From IMG/VR virus record IMGVR_UViG_3300013426_000017, positions 96,001 through 160,000 of that record: a DNA stretch of 64,000 nucleotides; one strand, written 5' to 3'. The translations under genes and the position numbers were made by a program. Below the pieces are notes generated by a model. It made no database searches. It was given only the letters and a program-made list of their open reading frames with translations, and was not told the DNA's origin. The stretch's first letter is position 1, and every line of letters begins with the position of its first letter. Shown here in pieces: positions 1 through 11,346 of the stretch. This stretch comes from a virus. Lineage: Duplodnaviria; Caudoviricetes.

Positions 1-1
1 T

Positions 2-544
2 GTAGATAGGGTTCTCAATTCTATTGAGGGCGCAAGAAACTGTGAGCTAGAAAAATTTATCTGTGGCTTGGGGATCCCGCTGGTTGGCGCCACATACTCA
101 AGAGAGATTTGCAAGCATTTCGCCACTTGGGAAGAATTTGTAGCGGCCGCAGAAGATGAATCCTATAATTTTGCCGAATGGGATGGCTTTGGTATTGAAA
201 CCAATACCGCTCTACATAATTATGATTATACTGAAGCAAAAGAAATTTATGAAAATTACTTGACAAATACTATAAAAAATAGTATAATAAATCAAGAAAG
301 TAAAGATAGTCTATCTGGCGAAGTGATAGTTATAACTGGCGGTTTAACACATTTTGCTAATAGGGTAGAATTACAAAATAAGATTGCAGAATTGGGCGGG
401 CGTAGTTCGACAAGCGTATCTGGCAAGACAACGATGCTAATATGCAATGATATTAATTCTAAGTCTAGTAAGGTTGTAAAAGCGCAGCAACTAAACATCC
501 CGATTCTCACAGAAGAAAATTTTATACGAGATTATTTGACATAA
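2..544 (+). CDS. ligA: NAD-dependent DNA ligase, C-terminal part (HhH + BRCT), 5'-truncated by window
   Basis: Frame open from nt 2; LGIPLVG HhH motif and BRCT-like VITGGL...SVSGKTTMLI...SSKVVKAQQLNIPI. Confidence 0.85.
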   Translation, partial: VDRVLNSIEGARNCELEKFICGLGIPLVGATYSREICKHFATWEEFVAAAEDESYNFAEWDGFGIETNTALHNYDYTEAKEIYENYLTNTIKNSIINQESKDSLSGEVIVITGGLTHFANRVELQNKIAELGGRSSTSVSGKTTMLICNDINSKSSKVVKAQQLNIPILTEENFIRDYLT

Positions 545-564
545 ATTAAAATATATTATATAAT
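536..564 (+). promoter_or_regulatory. sigma70/sigmaA-type promoter
   Basis: TTGACA-N17-TATAAT. Confidence 0.75.
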
Positions 565-587
565 AATCTTGTAAATAAAGGAAAGTT

Positions 588-788
588 ATGAAAAAGAAAG
601 AATTAAAAAATTTCGCAAAAAAGATTGCTAGTTGGGAATACTTGTGTCAAACTAGCACCGATAGCAAAGAAATAGCAAGGGCTTAGGGTGAAATTATGAA
701 GATGGCGAATCATATTGGATGTATCGAGGAGCTTGAAGAAATAGACATAATGGTTCAAGAGATTCTTGCTAAAGAGTATGGTATGTGA
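588..788 (+). CDS. Hypothetical protein, 66 aa, one internal TAG
   Basis: RBS AAAGGA, ATG at 588, reads through GCT TAG GGT to TGA at 786-788. Confidence 0.6.
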
Positions 789-797
789 AAAAATTTC

Positions 798-826
798 TTG
801 ACATTTCAAAAATTTTTTTGTATAAT
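798..826 (+). promoter_or_regulatory. sigma70/sigmaA-type promoter
   Basis: TTGACA-N17-TATAAT upstream of the 892 ORF. Confidence 0.8.
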
Positions 827-891
827 ATTTACATAATCCAAAAGGATTGAGAGTAAAAATATTTTATTAATTTTAAAGGAGATTTTTAACT

Positions 892-1161
892 ATGGCAATG
901 AGCACTAATTCCAAGATGGTATTTGAGTTTTTGAAGGAGAACAATGGTGTTGACCTCACCGCAGCTGATGTCGCAGAGGCACTTTCCCTTGAGAAGCGCC
1001 AGATTGATGGCATCTTTACTAGCGCAATTCAGCGTAAGGGCTATGGCGTTCGCGTTCCTGGCGAAATTGAGCTGGCGGATGGCACCCATAAGGCTGTGAA
1101 ATACCTCCACCTGACCGATGAGGGCATGGCACTTGATCTCGACGCAACCGACGCTGAGTAA
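892..1161 (+). CDS. Small putative winged-helix DNA-binding protein
   Basis: AAAGGAG RBS; LTAADVAEALSLEKRQIDG HTH-like pattern. Confidence 0.55.
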   Translation: MAMSTNSKMVFEFLKENNGVDLTAADVAEALSLEKRQIDGIFTSAIQRKGYGVRVPGEIELADGTHKAVKYLHLTDEGMALDLDATDAE

Positions 1162-1179
1162 TTTAATTTGATTAAGTTT

Positions 1180-1215
1180 AATTATAGGGGATAACGATTA
1201 TCCCCTATAATTTTT
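1180..1215 (+). terminator. Intrinsic terminator
   Basis: TATAGGGGATAA/TTATCCCCTATA hairpin followed by a T-run. Confidence 0.75.
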
Positions 1216-1232
1216 CATATCTAAAAATTATT

Positions 1233-2255
1233 ATGATTTTATATATTATTATTTCAATCATAATTACATTTATTATTTCTTGGTTAATATTTTATTTTAT
1301 ACCAAAAGGTAAAATTTATGAAATTAACCAATAGAAAATACGAGAAGAACAAGATGTAATTAATGAATTGGCGGCAGAAAAAACAGCCCTTGATAAAGAT
1401 GTGGCGATTGGACAAACGCAAATTAACACATTAAATCAAGAAATTAAAAAATTACATTCTAATTTAGCTGAAGAGAATGCTCGATTAGATAATGCCAGAG
1501 TGTAGAACAATAAGTTAATTGATTCTATGCTCAAGGATAATTTAGCACAGATTCAAGAACGATTAGATCTAGAAAGCGAAAAACTTGGTGACAAATATCA
1601 AGAGTCAGAAGCTGAATATCGACGTGAATACGCTAAAATGATGCGAGAATTGGCGCAGGAATATGAAAAACAAATTCATGATTTAACTCAATTGGTGGCG
1701 CAGGCCGATCAAGAGTATCAAAAAGCGCAGTATTAGTTGGAGGACCTCGCCAAACAGGTAAGCTCAGCTATTGAGGCTAATAAACGAGAAGAGGAAAAGC
1801 GCATTCAAGCAGATTTCTATCGTGTTGTAATACCTGAATCTGATTTAATTGAAATTGCGAAGCTCAGAGAAGTCGAGCCATATCTACGTGATAAAGAGGC
1901 ATTAAATAAAGTTATTTGGAAAGTCTATTATGAGAAACCGACTAGTGATATGATTGGTCGAGTAATCGGCGCCACAAAAAAGACTGGTATTTATAAAATA
2001 ACTGAAATCGCTACTGGTAAGTGTTACGTTGGACAAGCGATCGACGCCGCTTCGCGCTGGCGCCAACATATTAAAAGAGGCCTAGGCGCCGAGGCCCCCA
2101 CTCGGAATAAATTGTATCCTGCTATGAAGTCTATTGGTGTTGAAAATTTTACATTCGAGATTATCGAAGAATGTTCTCGTGATGAATTAGATGCCAAGGA
2201 AGATTTTTGGCAAGAGTATTTTCATGCCTTGGAGTTCGGTTTTAGTATTAAGTAA
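1233..2255 (+). CDS. Membrane-anchored coiled-coil protein with C-terminal GIY-YIG nuclease, 340 aa in code 15 (3 TAG)
   Basis: Hydrophobic N-terminus MILYIIISIIITFIISWLIFYF; in-frame TAG at 1332, 1503 and 1734 join track ORFs 1527 and 1737; GIYKIT...CYVGQA motif. Confidence 0.75.
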
Positions 2256-2271
2256 TAAGATACTATATAGG

Positions 2272-2300
2272 TTGTAATTAATTAAAATTTTTGATATAAT
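2272..2300 (+). promoter_or_regulatory. sigmaA-type promoter
   Basis: TTGTAA-N17-TATAAT with extended TG. Confidence 0.6.
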
Positions 2301-2332
2301 AAATATAGAAATTGAGAAAAGGATATTAAGTT

Positions 2333-2689
2333 ATGAAAAATGAATTTCTAAATTTTATTAACAAATTAATGGAAGCGTCACCCGAAATAGTAGATGAGTA
2401 TATGACAGATAGCATTAAAGAGTATTTGGAAATGCTCAAAAATGATAAAGATAAAAAGCCTGAGATAACTGAGACAGGCAGAAAGATTTTGGAGTTTTTC
2501 CAGAATCCTGATACGCCGTCAAAGCTATGGAAGGCCAAAGAAATAGCGCAGGAATTGGGATTGACCTCAAGGGGTGTTTCAGGCTCGATGCGAAAGCTTG
2601 TTAACGATGGTTTTTGTGAGAAGTTGGGAGCATCACCGGCGGTTTATGCCATTACTGATAAAGGAACAATGTATAAATTTAATGATTAA
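2333..2689 (+). CDS. Winged-helix DNA-binding protein
   Basis: KAKEIAQELGLTSRGVSGSMRKLVNDGF wHTH pattern. Confidence 0.7.
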   Translation: MKNEFLNFINKLMEASPEIVDEYMTDSIKEYLEMLKNDKDKKPEITETGRKILEFFQNPDTPSKLWKAKEIAQELGLTSRGVSGSMRKLVNDGFCEKLGASPAVYAITDKGTMYKFND

Positions 2690-2704
2690 GGAGAAAAAGA
2701 AAAG

Positions 2705-3685
2705 ATGAAAGCTAATTTTCTAAACACCACCCATGTAGAAGGACTGTTGTATGACCACAATCTTGAGATGAAGGTAACTGGCGAAAATTCCAAGCATCCT
2801 GGCACTCAGTATATTCGTGGCGACATTAGCATTGTCACTGATAGCAAGCTGATGAATGTAGTTCAGGTTTATTATTCTTATGTCACTGAGACTACTTCTT
2901 CTGGCAAGACTGATAGCCGTTGGTCGGCATTGATGGATATTATCAATGGTAAGCGTAAGACTGTTGTTGCTAATGGCGCAGATCAGGCATCCATAATTCG
3001 TATTGACTCGGTAATTGGTTTTAATGAGTTTTATGCCGATAGCCGCGAGAATCCTGGCACTCAGGAGCTTGTTAGCGTCAAGCGTAATGAAGGTGGTTTT
3101 ATCCATTTTGATGGCACTGGCGAGAATAATCTGTTGCTTGCCGATGAGCACAAGCGCGCCACGTTTAAGAATGATATAGTAATTACCAGCGTTGTTGAGC
3201 GTGAAGCCAATGAGGAACGCAACCTCCCCGCTAAGGCAGTTATTAAGGGCTGGATATTTGATTTCCGTAAGGCGATTTATCCTGTTGAGTTTTCCGCAAT
3301 TGAGCCTAACGCCATGAATTATTTCCTGAGCCTTGAAGCGTCTCCTAAGAATCCCGTTGTTACTCAAGTTTGGGGTGAGCAGGTTTCTGAGACCACTATT
3401 CGTAAGATAGTAACTGAGTCTGCTTTTGGCCCTGATGATATACGCGAGGTTTCCTCGACTCGCAAGGATTTTGTTATTACTGGCGCATCTCGTGAGCCTG
3501 GCGTATGGGATGATGAGTCTTGGATTACCGCCGCGGAATTTAATAAGGCCATGAGCGATCGTGAGGTCTATCTGGCGACTATTAAGAAGCGCGCCGATGA
3601 TTATAAGGCTAGCCGCGCCAAGGCATCTCAGGCATCCGCATTTAGCGCAGGTGGCGCCCCCACCGCTGGCGAGTTTAAATTTTAA
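2705..3685 (+). CDS. Putative single-stranded DNA-binding protein
   Basis: Beta-rich 326-aa protein with flexible tail ending in F, directly upstream of the AAA ATPase; function inferred from context. Confidence 0.45.
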   Translation: MKANFLNTTHVEGLLYDHNLEMKVTGENSKHPGTQYIRGDISIVTDSKLMNVVQVYYSYVTETTSSGKTDSRWSALMDIINGKRKTVVANGADQASIIRIDSVIGFNEFYADSRENPGTQELVSVKRNEGGFIHFDGTGENNLLLADEHKRATFKNDIVITSVVEREANEERNLPAKAVIKGWIFDFRKAIYPVEFSAIEPNAMNYFLSLEASPKNPVVTQVWGEQVSETTIRKIVTESAFGPDDIREVSSTRKDFVITGASREPGVWDDESWITAAEFNKAMSDREVYLATIKKRADDYKASRAKASQASAFSAGGAPTAGEFKF

Positions 3686-3738
3686 TTAGGAATTAATTCT
3701 TAATTAAAATTTTTAAGAGATAAAGGAGATAATAAATT

Positions 3739-5830
3739 ATGGCAATTAATTTGTTAAACATACAGCCGCATAAGGTGTCTCGTGATTTGAGCGGTTATAT
3801 TACTTACTTGTTTGGAATTCCCAAAATTGGAAAGACTACATTCGGCTCACAACTTCCCGGTTCATTGATTCTTGCGTCAGACTAAAAACTTTTAAACAAC
3901 TAAATAAGGAGCAAACATGAATAATTTATATACTATTACACGTATAAATGGCGGTGTAATCGCTTGGACAGACGAACAAGTGGCCTACATTATTGATAAA
4001 TATTTAAACGAGAATTATACGTTAAAACAGCTTGGCCGAGAATTTGGTTGTAGCTATGGAACCATTCGTAATCTATTAAATAAACATCATATTGATAGCC
4101 GTGGCAATAAGCAGGGCTATCCTAGGAATGAATTTATTTTTATGAATATTGATACAGCTGAGAAGGCCTATTGGCTAGGGTTCTTGTATGCTGATGGTTG
4201 TGTTCATAATAACAACAATGAAATTTCAATCAATATCACGGATCAAGAACATGTGGTTAAATTTAAAAATTTTTTAGGAGCTAAAAATCATCGTATTACA
4301 GAAACAAAAGATACTCGTTGGAAGAATGCTAAAATTTTATATCAATTTAGTATTAAAGATACGCAAATACACAATGATTTAATTACTTGGGGATGTGTGT
4401 CTAATAAAACATTAATTATTGAAAAAATCCCTAATATTCCTAGAGATTATATCTCACATTTTATTAGAGGGTATTTCGATGGAGATGGTAGTTTGCATTA
4501 TTTGCAAAGCACAGATAATTATCGCATTTCATTTACCAGTGGTTCTAAAAAATTTCTAGAGGACATTCAAAAAGAATTAAATATAACCAATTTGTCCTTA
4601 GGTCATTCTGATGATACCAATACCTATCAGCTTCAAATTAGTGGTCGCAAACAAGTAGAAAGAATTTTAAATTATATGTATCAAGATTCTACAGAGAATA
4701 CTCGTTTAAATAGAAAATATAATTCTTATTTAGATTGTTTAAAATGGGCGCATCGCCATTGAACCTATAAATGTAGGGTGTGAATAAATATTTATTTATT
4801 TGCTAACAGGGAATGCTATATGGGGATTTATCCAACCTATATAGAGAATCCTGTGCCAAGTCTCAAATTGAGAAAGGTGCAACGACTATCCCTTCTAGGG
4901 AGTAGGCTAAATGTGAAATTCATTTGGCCCAAGTGGTGGCGGAGCTTATAAAAAAGCTCGTGATATAGTCTTAATTTTTTTAAATTAGTCGAAAGAGGAT
5001 ACAATAGTCTACCTGGCGTTATGGTTCAAGATATTACTTCGTGGGGCGAGCTGCGCCAAGTCATGCGTGAGCTCAAAAAGCCCGAAGTCCATGAGGTATA
5101 TAAAAGTATTATCATTGATACTGTTGATGTGGCAGCTACTATGTGTGAAAAATATATTTGTAACCAATTAGGTATTGAAAACATAGGCGACGGTGGTTGG
5201 ACCAATAATGGCTGGTCTAAGTATAAAAAAGAATTTGAAGATACATTTCGTTCTATGGCGCAGATGGGATATGCGATTGTATTTATTAGCCATTCAACTG
5301 ATAAAACATTTACTCGCAAAGATGGCACTACTTATAATCAGCTGGTTCCAACTTGCCAGCGTTCCGTTAATGAAATAGTAAAGGGCATGGCTGATATTTT
5401 TGCATGTGCTGATATAGTTAATGGCGAACGGAAGTTGATTCTGCGTTCCCTTGATGGCACTGTTGACTGTGGCTGTCGTTTTAAGTATATAGATCCTGAA
5501 ATTCCGTTCTCTTATCAGTCGCTTGTTGACGCATTGAATCGTGCTATTGATAAAGAAGCTGGTGAGACTGGTGGCCAGTTTGTAACTAATGAGCGTCGAG
5601 TAGAAAATATAGCACCTAGCTATGATTATGATACTCTCATGGCCGAATTCCAGACCCTTGCTGGTGAATTGACAAGTAAGAATGGCGCATTCTATGGGCC
5701 TAAAATTGTTCAGATTATTGATAAGTATTTGGGCAAGGGTAAGAAGATTACTGATACAACACCTGATCAGGCCGAATTTGTTTATTTGATCATCTCTGAA
5801 ATTAAAGAAGATTTGGTAGACAAAACCTAA
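3739..5830 (+). CDS. AAA_24/Sak4-like ATPase, spliced: exons 3739-3877 and 4989-5830 (326 aa)
   Basis: Walker A GIPKIGKT in exon 1, Walker B IIIDT in exon 2; splicing restores LILA-F-ERGYN. Confidence 0.85.
3878..4988 (+). mobile_element. Group I intron in the AAA ATPase gene
   Basis: Exon ends in T and intron ends in G; core elements GCTAACAGGGAA, AATCCTGTGCCAAG, CAACGACTA, GATATAGTC at 4802-4970. Confidence 0.9.
3917..4762 (+). CDS. Intron-encoded LAGLIDADG homing endonuclease with N-terminal HTH
   Basis: AYWLGFLYADG and FIRGYFDGDG motifs. Confidence 0.9.
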   Translation: MNNLYTITRINGGVIAWTDEQVAYIIDKYLNENYTLKQLGREFGCSYGTIRNLLNKHHIDSRGNKQGYPRNEFIFMNIDTAEKAYWLGFLYADGCVHNNNNEISINITDQEHVVKFKNFLGAKNHRITETKDTRWKNAKILYQFSIKDTQIHNDLITWGCVSNKTLIIEKIPNIPRDYISHFIRGYFDGDGSLHYLQSTDNYRISFTSGSKKFLEDIQKELNITNLSLGHSDDTNTYQLQISGRKQVERILNYMYQDSTENTRLNRKYNSYLDCLKWAHRH

Positions 5831-5866
5831 TTAATTAATATACAGCCCGAGGAATCAATCCTCGGG

Positions 5867-5895
5867 TTGACTTATATTAAAAATTATGATATAAT
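5867..5895 (+). promoter_or_regulatory. sigmaA-type promoter, directly after the hairpin CCCGAGGA/TCCTCGGG
   Basis: TTGACT-N17-TATAAT with TG. Confidence 0.7.
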
Positions 5896-5924
5896 ATATA
5901 TATCAATGGAAAAGGAGGTTTTAA

Positions 5925-6437
5925 ATGGCAAAAAGAATGTTGAAATGCTTGTATTGTGGCTAGTATTTTGATGCCAATAGTGAACCTACGGTTCAAGTTA
6001 GTGCGCGACGTTATGCTCATCAAATTTGCGCCGATAACCACGAAACCATTGATAAAGAAAGGCAAGAATTAGAAGAGTATATTAAACAATTATTTAATGT
6101 AGAAACAATTCCATCAAAAATTCAAAAGCAAATTAATTCATATATTAGAGATTATAATTTTAGTTATTCTGGCATGTTAAAAGCATTAATATATCATTAC
6201 GAAATTCAACATGGCGATATTTCTAAAAGCAATGGCGGAATTGGCATAGTTCCATATTGTTATGATTCGGCAAGAACATATTATTATAATTTATGGATGG
6301 CTCAACAACAAAATATAACTAAAGATATCTCACAATATGTGCCAAAAGTTGAAGAAATTGTAATTAAACAGCCACATAAAAAACGCAATCATAAAAAATT
6401 ATTTTCATTTTTAGATGAAGATAATGGGGGGAGTTAA
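5925..6437 (+). CDS. Zn-finger protein upstream of the helicase (possible loader/initiator), 170 aa, one TAG
   Basis: AGGAGG RBS; MAKRMLKCLYCG(TAG)YFD...YAHQIC is in frame with track ORF 6174. Confidence 0.75.
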
Positions 6438-8280
6438 TGAAAAGTAAATATGTTGACAGGACTGCCTTGGCGCAAGTCATAGGTAGTATTTTTAATTCGC
6501 CTCAAATTTTGGATTTAACAGATAAATATACAATTACCGAAGCAGATTTCCCAGATGAAATGTTGCAAGTAATTATTGGTTCAATTTATAAAATCCATGA
6601 AATGGGTGCAAAAACCATATCACTTGAGAGTATTAGTGATTATTTGGCGAACAAGCCCAAAAGTCAAGCGATTTTTCAAAGAGATAAAGGAGAAGAGTGG
6701 CTACTAAAAGCATCAGAGGTTGCAATTACGTCGGCATTCGATTTTTATTATGATAGAATGAAGAAAATGTCGTTATTGCGTGCCTATGATACTTATGGAA
6801 TTGATGTTAGTTATATTTATGACCCCGATAATATTTTTAATGCCAAGTTAAAGCAACAGCAAGAAGATCAGCTAGATAATATGTCCCTTGAAGACATTGC
6901 CGAAAAAATTGACCAACGTATTGATGAAATTAAAGCACAATATGTTAAAGATATATTTGGAGAAGCTAGCCAGGCCGGTGATGGATTAGAGGAATTAATT
7001 GATCAATTTAAAGAGGCACCAGAAGTTGGTGTTCCATTGTATGGCTCATTGGTTAATACTATTACTCGTGGCGCCAGGCTCAAGAAATTATACCTGCGGT
7101 CGTCTCCCACGGGCTGCGGGAAGAGCCGTAGCATGGTCGCCGATGCATGCTTCATTGGCTGTCCTAAAATTTATGATGATAATTTTGGGTGGATTCGTAG
7201 TGGCGCTGCTAATCCTTCGTTGTTTATTACGACTGAACAAGAACTGTCGGAAGTTCAAACTATGATGCTGGCATTTTTATCTAATGTCAATGAAGACCAC
7301 ATCCTTAATGGTAAATATGAAGGTGACGAGGAAGAACGTGTTCGAGAAGCCGCAAGAATTTTAAAGAACAGCCCGTTATATATTGAAGAATTACCTGATT
7401 TTTCATTGCAGGATGTTGAAGAAACTATTAAGAAAAATATTCGTGATCATGATGTAAATTATGTATTTTTCGACTATATACATAGTAGCATCAAGATTCT
7501 TGAAGAAATATCTCGTAAAACCAAAGGCATGTCATTGCGTGAAGATAACATTTTATTTATGTTGTCTATCCGTCTAAAAGATTTGTGTAATCAATATGGC
7601 ATTTTTATTTTAACTTCAACTCAGCTAAATGGCATGTGGCAAGAGGCCGATACACCTGATCAAAACTTGCTTAGAGGCGCGAAGTCGATCGCAGATCTGT
7701 CGCTATGGCGCGCGACAAGTCGTCCTTAATAGAAATATTAAGTGATTATTAGACCGAGAATTGCTGGAAAGCCCTAAAGTCATATAAACTACAACGTAAA
7801 TATGAAATATAATTAAGCGTGAATGTTATAAAAATTATATGAATTGGGTAATCAGCAGCCGAGCCCCAAATAGGGGAAGGTTCAACGACTATCCTGTTGC
7901 GAGGAGTAGGAAGAAATTCCGAAGTACGGTCTACCTAAACTTGTTATGTAAATAATAAGCATGGTAAAGATATAGTCTATTCCTTATAGAAATATGAGGT
8001 AGCAAAGAAAGTAGATTTTGGCGCCATTTTATTACCCGTTAAGTCTGAGGATGTGGAGAAGCTACAACCCATTCTTGACTCAGGCGTATTTGAAAAGCCC
8101 GTATTAAAATTGTCTGTTTATAAAAATAGACGAGGGCGTTACAAAGGAATTTATCTATGGTGTAAAGCAAATTTAGGAACCTGCCGTATTAATCCTATGT
8201 TTGCTACAACCTATGGTTATGAAATAATTAGTATAGATGATATGAAAATTATTGTAGAGGATGCGCCAAGCGCATTTTAA
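6437..8280 (+). CDS. dnaB: DnaB-like replicative helicase, spliced: exons 6437-7696 and 8008-8280 (510 aa)
   Basis: SPTGCGKS, VFFDYI, TSTQLN; splicing gives LRGAKSIAD-KVDFG and the C-terminal KNRRG. Confidence 0.88.
7697..8007 (+). mobile_element. ORF-less group I intron (311 nt) in dnaB
   Basis: P AATTGCTGGAAA, Q AATCAGCAGCC, R TTCAACGACTA, S AAGATATAGTCT; 5' U and terminal G. Confidence 0.92.
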
Positions 8281-8294
8281 AAAGGAGAAAAATT

Positions 8295-8492
8295 ATGATA
8301 GAAAACAAAACACGATTTGTCCATGAGCGAGCTGGTGCGGTTGAATACGCTATGCCTGATGGTTTGGCGCAGGAGATTCTCAAGACGCGCCACGGCGCTG
8401 AAAAAAATATGCACCCTAATGAATTCCTTGTAAAAGTTGTGAACGAGACATTCGGTCTCAAAGATAAATGTGTAAAGGTGAGCCGATTCTAA
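8295..8492 (+). CDS. Hypothetical protein
   Basis: AAAGGAG RBS; packed between helicase and primase. Confidence 0.7.
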   Translation: MIENKTRFVHERAGAVEYAMPDGLAQEILKTRHGAEKNMHPNEFLVKVVNETFGLKDKCVKVSRF

Positions 8493-8493
8493 A

Positions 8494-9603
8494 ATGATTA
8501 AATATGACAAAGTTGAAGTAAGAGAAAAGTTAACAATTGAACAGGTTTTTGAATTATTAACTGACTGGGGTGGAGAACCTATTTATTCACCTTCTGGTAT
8601 CATTGCTTCAACCATTTGTCATAATATACCTGGCGCTGGCAGTAAAAAGCTATACTATTATAGCTCAAATCAAATGTTTCATTGCTATACTGGATGTGAA
8701 AAATCTAGTTTTGATATTTTTGAATTATTTATAAAAATATCAGCTATACAATATAATCAAGAAGTTGATTTTGATAAAGCTGTTCGTTATATAGCAAATA
8801 GATTTCAATTATTCTCCTATGCTGAGGATACTGGCTTAGATGATAAACTCAAAGACGAAGAAATATTTGCTAATTATGATAGAATACAGCAAATTACATT
8901 GCCACCAAAAAAAGAAATCATACTTAAAGAATATGATTCTAAAATATTAGACCATTTAAATTATAATGTAAAGCTTGAGCCCTGGCTTCAAGATGGTATC
9001 TCTCAAGAAGCCATAGAACAGGCAAGAATAGGATTTTATCCCAAAGATTTACAAATTACTATTCCTCATTATGATGTTAATGGACGATTTATTGGGCTGC
9101 GTGGTCGATGCATTGCCAAAGAGGATGCTGAAAAGTTTGGCAAATACAGACCCGTATTTATCAATAGGCAATGGTATAATCATCCACTAGGTATGAATTT
9201 ATACAATTTAAATAAAAGTAAGAAACATATTGCCGAATTTGAAAAGGCTATTGTATTTGAGGGAGAGAAATCGCCATTGCAATATCAAACTATTTATGGA
9301 ATGGACAGAGACATTACTGTAGCTAGTTGTGGCAATAATCTATCTCAATATCAAGTAGATTTGCTAGTTGAAGCTGGCGCCAAAGAAATTATTCTTGCCT
9401 ATGACAGACAATTTGAAGAATATAATAGTGAAGAATATAATAAATGGAAAAGGCATTTGATTGCCTTGCATCAACGATATAAATATGATGCATTAATTAC
9501 AATCATATTCGATAGGAATATGATTACTAATTATAAATCCTCACCAATAGATGAGGGTCAAGAGAAATTTGAAACATTATTTAAAGAAAGGATTGTATTG
9601 TAA
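8494..9603 (+). CDS. dnaG: DNA primase (Zn-finger + TOPRIM)
   Basis: ICHN...FHCYTGC zinc site; IGLRGR; VFEGEKS; ILAYD. Confidence 0.85.
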   Translation: MIKYDKVEVREKLTIEQVFELLTDWGGEPIYSPSGIIASTICHNIPGAGSKKLYYYSSNQMFHCYTGCEKSSFDIFELFIKISAIQYNQEVDFDKAVRYIANRFQLFSYAEDTGLDDKLKDEEIFANYDRIQQITLPPKKEIILKEYDSKILDHLNYNVKLEPWLQDGISQEAIEQARIGFYPKDLQITIPHYDVNGRFIGLRGRCIAKEDAEKFGKYRPVFINRQWYNHPLGMNLYNLNKSKKHIAEFEKAIVFEGEKSPLQYQTIYGMDRDITVASCGNNLSQYQVDLLVEAGAKEIILAYDRQFEEYNSEEYNKWKRHLIALHQRYKYDALITIIFDRNMITNYKSSPIDEGQEKFETLFKERIVL

Positions 9604-11346
9604 TTGTAGTATAAATTAATTAATGAACGAGATAATTCATTAACACCAATAGCACAAATATTTAAAAATCGTGGAATGGATTATACTATAGAGGATATAT
9701 ATCATTATTTAAATACTACAGAAAATGATACATATCCTTCAACTATGCTCAAGAATATGGAGCGTGGCGCCGCCATGCTAGCGCGCCACATAGCCAATGA
9801 CGATAAAGTCCTGCTAGTAGTCGATGATGATTGCGATGGATTCACTTCGTCAGCATTACTTATGAATTATTTACATCTATTATTTCCCCACTTCGTGGAA
9901 AATAGTATTCAATATTACATCCATGAAGGGAAAAAGCATGGTATATTAAATGCAGATGTGGCGGCGCCAGGTATAGCGCTCGTCATAGCGCCAGACTCAA
10001 GTAGTAATGAATATGCGCTTCATGAGGAATTGGCGCAACGAAATATAGACGTTTTAATTTTAGATCATCACAAAGCTCCATATTATTCTCAGCATGCTTG
10101 TGTAATTAATAATCAATTAGACGATTACCCTACTAAATCCTTATCGGGTGTAGGCATTGTTTATAAATTTTGCAAGTATTTAGATGAACAATTAGATGTT
10201 GAATATGCTGATTTATTTTTGGATTTGGTTGCACTTGGTATTACTGCTGATGTAATGAGTATGTGCGATTATGAAACTAGATATTTAGTATCTAATGGTC
10301 TTGAGCATTTTAGAAATCCTCTAATCAAAGCATTATATGCTAAAACAGAATATTCGATTAATAAAAGTGGTGGGTTGTCGCCTTATAATTTAGCTTATTA
10401 TATTGCGCCATTTCTCAATGCCACTGCTCGGGTAGGGACAGTAAAAGAAAAAACCATATTATTTGAATCACTGCTTGAATTTAAAGCCTATGACCAGATT
10501 ACTTCAACAAAACGAGGCTGCGCTGGCCAAATGGAAAGCATCGTAGAACAAGCCGCTCGAAATTGCACGAATATCAAGTCACGCCAAACTAAAGAGCGCG
10601 ATACAGCTTATGAGCAAATAGAATCAATGATTGCAGAGCAAAATTTGCTTCAAAATAAAATTCTACTTATTCAAATGGATAGCGGAGAGCCTGCGATTGG
10701 TGGCCTTATAGCCAACCTATTGGTCGCCAAGTATCATCATCCAACATTAATTCTTTATAAGATGGGTGATATGTGGCAAGGTTCAGCACGTAATGATTCA
10801 AGATATGGATTAGAGGATTTTAGACAATTTATGCGAGATTGTGATTTAGTGAATTTTGCCGAAGGGCATGAATCTGCTTTTGGCACGCAAATCGCGAATG
10901 AAAATATAGATAAGTTTATAGAATATAGTAATAAGGCATTACAGAATTATGAATTTTCCCCAGTTGATCGTGTTGATTTTATTATTAATGCCAATCAACT
11001 AACATCTGAATTTATTTTGGATATAGGAAAATTACATTATATTTGGGGGCAAGAAGTATCTGAACCTTTAATAGCAATAGAACATATTGCTATTACTAAC
11101 GATAATTTAAATGTTATTGGCAAAAAAGAAGATACGGTTAAAATAATGCTACCAAATGGTATTAGCCTTATGAAATTTGGGTCTACCGCAGATGAAATTG
11201 ATGCACTGGCCCCTGAAACGTCTGCGGGGTGTGTAATAATTAACATTCTTGGTATGTGTAATATTAATAACTACAACGACCAAGAATATCCACAAATAAT
11301 AATTAATGAATACGAAATTGTAGGACGGCAGAGCTACTATTTCTAA
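9604..11346 (+). CDS. recJ: RecJ-like DHH ssDNA exonuclease; start TTG at 9604 with TAG as codon 2
   Basis: DDDCDG, LDHH, GSAR, GHESAFG; in-frame extension M(TAG)YKLINE...IFKNRG follows RBS GAAAGGA. Confidence 0.85.

Noticed and set aside
260-288. Perfect TTGACA-N17-TATAAT inside the ligase gene
   Set aside because: It may be a real internal promoter, but it lies in an AT-rich coding linker and a second consensus promoter sits at 536; not separately supportable.
7697-7729. Track C-termini such as LSLWRATSRP (dnaB) and LTA (nrdD, ending 23279) taken as real protein ends
   Set aside because: They are read-through into intron sequence; splicing restores conserved motifs.
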